Shown: one piece after another, positions 57,860 to 64,000 of the stretch | How the letters are laid out: every line of letters begins with the position of its first letter | Position numbering within the stretch: the stretch's first letter is position 1 | Assembly: GCA_963695975.1 (NCBI GenBank) | Contig: CAVOIB010000002.1 | Coordinates: forward strand, 589,855-653,854 | Length of the DNA: 64,000 bases | Direction of reading: 5' to 3' | Source: an uncultured Actinomycetes bacterium | GTDB taxonomy: Bacteria > Actinomycetota > UBA4738 > HRBIN12 | Position numbers and translations under genes: made by a program | The notes under the pieces: model-generated | Told to the model about the DNA's origin: nothing | What the model saw: only the letters and a program-made list of their open reading frames with translations | Databases searched by the model: none

Positions 57860-58429
57860 CTACGGCCGCGGTTCGCGCTCCACGATGGGCGAGACGGGCA
57901 GGATGAGGATGGAGGCAGGCTCCCCGTCCACCACGACAGCCTCGTCCGATGGAAGCTCCCGCGGCACGCCGGGGCCGGGAAGCACGTCGGCCGTGCCGGT
58001 GCTTGGGTGGCTGCGTCGAGACACCCGACGGGGGATCGTGCTCACGGTCGCGGGCTCGGGTTCCTCGGCGGCGACGCCGCAGGCCCGCTCGACCGCGAAG
58101 CCGAGGTCGCGCAGTACCTGCGAGGGGTCGACGGTCGCGTCGCCGCTGATCGGGATCACGGCCGGAGGCCAGACCAGCACGATCTTGGCGTCGGGCCGCA
58201 TCTCCCGTGTCAGGGCGACCGCCGTGGCGCCGATCCCATCGTCGAGCACGACCGCGTCCGGGTGGTGCACCGAGAGCACCTGCACGAGCTCAACCGTAGT
58301 GTGCGCCTCACCGAGTACGCGGAACCCTTCACCCTCCATGACGAAGCGGAGCAAGCCTCGACGCATCGGGTGACCCTCGCCGACGACGACTCCGATACGC
58401 GGGCGCTCGGGGGTGGCGTCGCGTTCCAC
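57860..58429 (-). CDS. Pseudo-receiver (degenerate REC-fold) protein with a Pro-rich tail
   Basis: (beta/alpha)5-like pattern RIGVVVGEG...DAVVLDDGI...KIVLVWP. The N-terminal acidic pair and conserved Lys are missing. Paralog of the N-terminus of the next gene. Confidence 0.45.
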   Translation of the reverse strand: MERDATPERPRIGVVVGEGHPMRRGLLRFVMEGEGFRVLGEAHTTVELVQVLSVHHPDAVVLDDGIGATAVALTREMRPDAKIVLVWPPAVIPISGDATVDPSQVLRDLGFAVERACGVAAEEPEPATVSTIPRRVSRRSHPSTGTADVLPGPGVPRELPSDEAVVVDGEPASILILPVSPIVEREPRP

Positions 58430-58560
58430 GGTCGGAGCCTACCCCAGTTGCCGTGGTTGAGCGACGGCCCCCCCGCGGCCTCTCCGTCCGAAGACCTAGT
58501 CCCGCTACTGCCGCACCTCCAAGGGATCGCGGCGGCATTGGACTTCGTGGCGCTTCTCGC

Positions 58561-59754
58561 TCACAGGGGACGATGGCGGATCAGGAAGCGCCCGATCCCG
58601 TCGATGTGGACGGTTCCCACACCGCGGGCCACGAGCGATCCCTGGAGCCGCATCCTGAGATGACCGCCCGTGACCGTGAGGCGGACGGTGCCGTTGCCGT
58701 GCACGCGAACGTGCTCGTTAGACACGCTCTGCACCACCCCTTCGCCGTTCACCTTCACGACGCCGTCGGCCACCAGATGGACGAAGCCGTCGACGCGCAG
58801 GCGAAGGTCCCCCTCCGAGGACAGGCGGATCGTGCCGTCGGCCTGGACCTGGACCCGCCCCTCGTAGGTACCCGGCTGGTCGGTGGTGCCGCCCGTCTGG
58901 CCGCCGCCGCCGGGGGTCGGCAGCACGAGGTCGCCGACCGAGCCCACGATGCCTCGGATGGACACGGTCCGGTCGGCCAGGATGACGGCGCCGACCGCGG
59001 CACCGAGGGCAACACCCAGCAGGACGAGGGCGACCCCGAGCCACCAGCGACGCCGGCGTTCGGGTGCCGAAGTTCCCTGTTCGGGAGCCGTGAACACCCA
59101 CGACGGAGCGTCGGTCGGAGGTCTCAGCATCACACCCGAGAGTGCCTCGGGCACAACGACGATGGGCTCTTCGACCTCAGCTTCGGTTGCTGGAAACACG
59201 GTCGCGAGCGCCGCCCGTTCCGCCGCCGGGCCCGTCGCCTCGCTGGTTACCTCAGCCGGCGGTTCCTGCGGGAAGGGCAGGGTCGTCGTTTCGGCGGGGG
59301 GGAGCGGCTCGGCTTCGGGGACGACGATCACGTCCGGCACCGGCACTCGCGGCCTCTTCGGGCGGATCGATGGACCGCTGCCCATCACACGCTCGACCGC
59401 CGGCCCGAGCCCAGCCATCACCTCTGATGGCTCCAACCGGGCGTCCGCGCCGATGGCCGACACGCCTTTCGGCCAAACGAGGATCACTCGAGCCGACGGC
59501 AACACCTCGCGGATCATGCCCACGGCGCTCGCGTCTATCCCGTCGTCGAGGACAACGAGGTCGGGACGGTGCACCACGAGTTGTTGCGCGAGCTCCAACG
59601 TGGACGCTGCTTCGGAGACGACGATGTGGCCCTCGTTCTCCAAGACGAAGCGAAGCAGCCCTTTACGGGCCGACCGTCCTTCGCCGACCATCGCGCGAAC
59701 CCGCAGCTCACCCATGGTGTCTCGGCAGCCTACTTCGGGCTCCCCCGACGGCAC
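58561..59754 (-). CDS. Pseudo-receiver domain, Pro-rich linker, single TM and beta-solenoid (bactofilin-like) repeat protein
   Basis: N-terminal domain paralogous to 57860..58429. TM helix WWLGVALVLLGVALGAAVGAVIL, then G/V-rich repeats (GTVRLTVTGGHLRMRLQGSLVARGVGTVHIDG). Confidence 0.5.
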   Translation of the reverse strand: MPSGEPEVGCRDTMGELRVRAMVGEGRSARKGLLRFVLENEGHIVVSEAASTLELAQQLVVHRPDLVVLDDGIDASAVGMIREVLPSARVILVWPKGVSAIGADARLEPSEVMAGLGPAVERVMGSGPSIRPKRPRVPVPDVIVVPEAEPLPPAETTTLPFPQEPPAEVTSEATGPAAERAALATVFPATEAEVEEPIVVVPEALSGVMLRPPTDAPSWVFTAPEQGTSAPERRRRWWLGVALVLLGVALGAAVGAVILADRTVSIRGIVGSVGDLVLPTPGGGGQTGGTTDQPGTYEGRVQVQADGTIRLSSEGDLRLRVDGFVHLVADGVVKVNGEGVVQSVSNEHVRVHGNGTVRLTVTGGHLRMRLQGSLVARGVGTVHIDGIGRFLIRHRPL

Positions 59755-59897
59755 GACGGACGAAAGTCGCGACCACCGAGCCGAACGGTCCCGACCGTTC
59801 GACTCGCTGTCCGATCATGTCCCGACCTCGGTCGCTACCACGACTCGAGCCAGTGGTTCATCACATGCGTTCCCACGACGTCCGCTCCGTCTGACAG

Positions 59898-62800
59898 AAT
59901 GGCGAGCCGAGGCCCAACACCGCACCGAGAGGCGACGTGTCGGACACGGCAGAACAACAACGGAACGCCCAGCAGCCGCAAGTCGGCGAGCCACCCGCCA
60001 CCCCTTCCTCGGATCCTCGTCGATCGATCGCTCCCCTCCTCTCACTCATCGATGAGCAGACTCCGATCGAACGTCGCGACGCGGTCGCCGCGTTCGCCAG
60101 GGCCTACCTCCGCAGGCTCTCGGACGAGGAGATCGGAGGCGTGGCGCCCCAAACCTTGTACGGGATGGTCCGGTCCACGTTCGACTTCGTCGACGGACGC
60201 AGCATCCATCCATCGGCGGTACGCGCGTTCAACCCTGGGGCGGCGACCGACGGCTACGACACGCCCGGCACGGTGCTTGAGACCAACGTGGACGATTCGC
60301 CGTTCCTCGTCGACTCCGTCACCGAAGAGCTCGGAGCGCGCAACCTTGGGATGCGCCACATCATGCACCCCGTGATCGGCACGTCGCGCGACGAGGCCGG
60401 GCACCTCGAGCGGGTCTCGTCGGCGCGCGAGGCGTCACACCGCGAGTCCGTGATGCATTTCGAGCTGGACAAGCGCCTGTCGGACGAGGAATGCGCGTCG
60501 CTCGTCGAGCGTGTCACGGTGATCCTCCGTGACGTGCGGCTCACGGTGCGCGACTTCGAGCCGATGCAGAGCCGCGTCGTCCATATGACCGAGATGGCAC
60601 GCCGGGCCGCGATCCGTTACAGCCCACAGGAGGTAAGCGAGACCGTCGACTTCCTCAACTGGCTCCTGCAGTTGAACTTCGTGATGCTGGGTTACCGAGA
60701 GTACGAGCTCTTCGATGCGCCGAGCGGCCGCGCGATCCGCGCGGTTCCGGGGAGCGGTCTCGGCATCCTCTCGGACGTTTCCGGCTCGACGTTCTCCGAG
60801 GCGACGCCGCTCGACTCGCTCGATCCGGATCTGCGCCGGCGGATCGAGGACGGCGACCTCCTGGTCTTCAGTAAGACGAACGCGTACTCCACCGTGCACC
60901 GTCGCGCGCGGATGGACTACATCGGCGTCCGCCAGGTCAACGGTGATGGCGAGATCGTGGGCGAGTCGCGCCTCATCGGCTTGTTCACATCGAAGGCCTA
61001 CATGGAGCCCGCCCTCAAGACGCCGCTCCTTCATCACAAACTCGAACAGATCCTTACGGCCGAGGACATGATCCCCGGCTCGCACGACTACAAGGCCGCT
61101 ACCGCGCTGTTCGAGTCCTTCCCGAAGGACGAGTTGTTCCAGGCCTCTACATCAGAGCTGCGCGGGTTGATCACCGGCCTGCTCGAAACCGAGCGTCACG
61201 GCGGGATCCGCGTGCTCGTGCGCCGCGATCTCTACGGCCGAAGCGTCTCGATCGTGGTTGCGCTGCCGCGCGACCGGTTCAACGCCGACCTCCGCAAGAG
61301 CTTGCAGCGCCTCTTCGTGGAACGATTCCGTGGTTCGACCGTCGACTACCACCTCTCGCTCGGCGAGACGGAGAGCGCCCGGATCTTCTTCACGGTCCAC
61401 GTCGATCAGGGCGTGCAGATCCCCGAGGTCCGCTACGAGGAGCTCGAGAACGAGGTCGAGCACCTCGCGCGGACCTGGGACGACGATCTCCTCGACGCCT
61501 TGGTCGACCGTGTCGGGCTGGCTCGCGGAACGGCGCTCGCCGAACGCTATGCCGCGCGGTTCCCGGAGTACTACCGCGCGAACGACAACTGGCCTCTGAT
61601 CGTCGACGACGTCCTCCGCCTCGAGGAGCTCGAGTCGAGCGAAGAGGGCTTCGTCGTCGGTCTGGGGAACGAGGAGACCGGTGAGCGACTCACCCGCGTC
61701 AAGCTCTACAAGACCGGCGGCAAGGTGGATCTGTCCGCCTTCATGCCCGCCCTCGAGGCGCTCGGACTGCGCGTCGTCGAGGAGGTGCCGACGGGTCTGC
61801 TCGGCGAGGGCAGGATCTACATCCACGACTTCGGCGTGCTCGACTCGCGCGGTGCCGTACTCGATCTGGAACAGAGCGCGGCCAACGTAGAGGACTGCAT
61901 CCGAGCGGTATGGCGCGGACAGGCCGAGTCCGACTCACTGAACCGGTTGATCGTCACGAGCACGCTCTCATGGAGCCAGGTCGGTCTCCTGCGCGCCTAT
62001 CGCAAGTATCGGCAGCGCATCTCGACCCGGTTCACCGAGGAGTACCGCAACGACGCCCTCGCCGAGAACCCGTCGATCGCCACGAAGCTCGTCGCGTACT
62101 TCGAGGCGCGGTTCGATCCGGGCTCGACCGCCGCCGACGAGCAGATCGAGGCGATCCGGCGCGATGTGCTGAGCGATCTGCGACAGGTCGCGTCGCTCGA
62201 CCAGGATCAGATCCTCCGTCACATGCTGGGCACGATCCAGGCCACGGTCCGGACGAACGCCTACCTTCCGTTCCGCTCCTCGTTGTCGCTCAAGCTCCGC
62301 TCGGCGGACGTGCCCGACATGCCGAAGCCATTCCCCCTGTACGAGATCTTCGTGTACTCACCGGAGATGGAGGCGATCCACCTGCGCGGTGGGATGGTCG
62401 CGCGTGGCGGCATCCGGTGGTCGGATCGACGGGAGGATTACCGCACCGAGGTGCTCGGCCTGATGAAGGCACAGAAGGTGAAGAACGCGATCATCGTCCC
62501 GGATGGCTCGAAGGGAGGGTTCGTCCTGCGACGGAGCCCGCCGACGCCCGAGCTGCTCAAAGCGGAGGTCACGAAGCAGTACGTGACATTCATGCGCGGC
62601 CTGCTCGACATCACCGACAACCTCGACCAGGGAACGGTGGTCCATCCCGAGCACGTGCGGGTGCTCGACGGAAACGACCCGTATCTCGTGGTCGCCGCCG
62701 ACAAGGGGACGGCGACCTTCTCCGACACCGCCAACAGCGTCTCCGCGGAATACGGCTTCTGGCTGGGCGACGCGTTCGCCTCCGGCGGGAGCGCCGGGTT

Positions 62801-64000
62801 CGATCATAAGGAACTCGGGATCACCGCGCGCGGCGCATGGGAGTCGGTCAAGCGACACTTCCGCGAGTTGGGCATCGATGTCATGGCCACGCCGTTCTCC
62901 GTGGTCGGCGTCGGCGACATGTCGGGCGATGTCTTCGGCAACGGGATGCTGCTCTCTCCGTTCATCAAGCTCGTGGCGGCGTTCGACCATCGGCACGTCT
63001 TCGTGGACCCCGACCCGGACCCCGCGGCGAGCTTCGCGGAGCGCTCCCGCTTGTTCTCGCTCCCCGGGTCATCGTGGGGGGACTACGACCGCGCGAAGCT
63101 CTCGCCCACGGGCGACGTGTTCGACCGGAAGGCGAAGAGCGTCACCCCGTCGCCGCAGGTCCGAGCGGTCCTCGGCATCGCCGACGATGCCTCGGACGAG
63201 ATGACGCCGAACGACCTGATCAAGGCGATCCTGAAGGCCCCGGTCGACCTCCTGTGGAACGGGGGTATCGGCACGTACGTGAAGTCGTCGAAGGAGACGA
63301 ACGCAGACGTGGGCGACCGCGCGAACGATCAGGTCCGGGTCAACGGCGCCGATCTTCGAGCTCGGGTCGTCGGGGAGGGAGGGAACCTCGGATGCACACA
63401 GCTCGGCCGGATCGAGTATGCCTTGTCCGGAGGTCGGATCAACACCGACTTCATCGACAACTCGGCCGGCGTCGACACCTCGGACCACGAGGTGAACTGG
63501 AAGATCCTCCTCGGACTAGCAGTGAGTCGCGGAGAGTTGACGTTCGACCAGCGCAACGAGCTGCTCGAGACGTGCGCGGACGACGTGGTCGAGCACGTGC
63601 TCTACGACAACTACCTACAGGCCCAGATCCTGTCGCAGGAGGTGGAGGCCTCCGTCGGTCGGGTCGAGGCCTACGAGGATCTGATGCAACAGCTCGGGGC
63701 GGACGGCGAGCTCGACCGCGATGTGGAGTTCCTTCCGACCAGCGAAGAGATGCTGGAGCGCCGCGCGAACGGACTGGGTCTGGTCCGGCCGGAGCTCGCC
63801 GTCCTCCTGGCGTACGCGAAGCGTTCGATCGCGAGCGCGCTCCTGGAGTCCGACCTTCCCGACTCCGATTACCTGCAGCAGGACGATCTCGTCAGGTACT
63901 TCCCTCCTTCGATCGTGACGCGGTTCGGTCACCTGATCCCCGAGCATCCGCTGAAACGAGAATTGATCGCAACGATCGTGGCGAACGACGTTGTGAACTC
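59898..64000 (+). CDS. gdhB: NAD-specific glutamate dehydrogenase, large (~1600 aa) GdhB type; 3'-truncated by the window edge
   Basis: Continuous open frame of >1360 codons (frame 3) from the ATG at 59898 to the end of the window, at high GC3. Translation gives hallmark Bac_GDH segments (LIDEQTPIERRDAVAAF...; catalytic core KGGFVL...GGSAGFDHKELGITARGAWESV). The supplied ORF track omits it because it has no stop in the window. Confidence 0.85.

Noticed and set aside
56883-58373. 496-aa + strand ORF spanning the DDAH-like and pseudo-receiver genes
   Set aside because: Antisense. Its translation is Arg/Gly/Ser-rich with no fold signal. The minus-strand genes have a catalytic Cys motif and a REC-like pattern.
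58453-60055. + strand ORFs 58453..59427 and 58883..60055; frame-1 ORF 59569..60375
   Set aside because: The first two are antisense to the 58561..59754 gene. The last is an out-of-frame overlap with the start of the NAD-GDH gene, and it carried the ATG at 60052 that I first mistook for the GDH start.
1-64000. Search for tRNA/rRNA genes, CRISPR arrays, transposase or integrase genes, or phage-like blocks
   Set aside because: No T-loop-like GGTTCGAATCC/GGTTCAAGTCC boxes, no regularly spaced direct repeats, and no DDE/tyrosine-recombinase ORFs were found. GC content is uniform with no obvious island.

Overview
High-GC (~70%) Actinomycetota-like chromosomal segment, densely packed with core and accessory metabolic genes on both strands. 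No rRNA, tRNA, CRISPR array, transposase or integrase was recognised. Almost every long ORF antisense to a recognisable gene is a GC-driven artefact.

Main content, in order:
- An IclR-linked catabolic block: cysteine-synthase-family PLP enzyme, acyl-CoA dehydrogenase, mmsA, DinB-like protein.
- A Rieske oxygenase alpha subunit translationally coupled to an arginase-family hydrolase.
- A nucleoside hydrolase and ribokinase pair.
- A TetR-linked block: FAD oxidoreductase, ADP-forming acyl-CoA synthetase, ABM monooxygenase.
- A Tat-secreted phospholipase-C-like phosphoesterase.
- A second acyl-CoA dehydrogenase, an amidase, an ABC-2 transporter and an FNT channel.
- ilvD and thrC, then an APC amino-acid permease.
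- Dimethylglycine-oxidase-like and choline-kinase-like genes.
- A nine-gene, translationally coupled branched-chain amino-acid supercluster (leader peptide, unknown ORF, ilvB, ilvN, ilvC, leuA, leuB, cimA) with a classical promoter/leader-peptide/terminator attenuator.
- PBP4 (DacB).
- Two paralogous membrane-sensor proteins, one GGDEF/EAL and one histidine kinase, flanking an MFS transporter.
- A divergent alpha-oxoamine synthase / class-III aminotransferase / VOC module.
- serC, a Usp-Usp-Rieske fusion, and a DDAH-like gene with two pseudo-receiver paralogs.
- The 5' 4.1 kb of a giant NAD-specific glutamate dehydrogenase, which the ORF track omits.

The most unusual sequence-level signals are a 19-bp CTAG-rich palindrome present three times at gene 3' ends, and the ilv attenuator.
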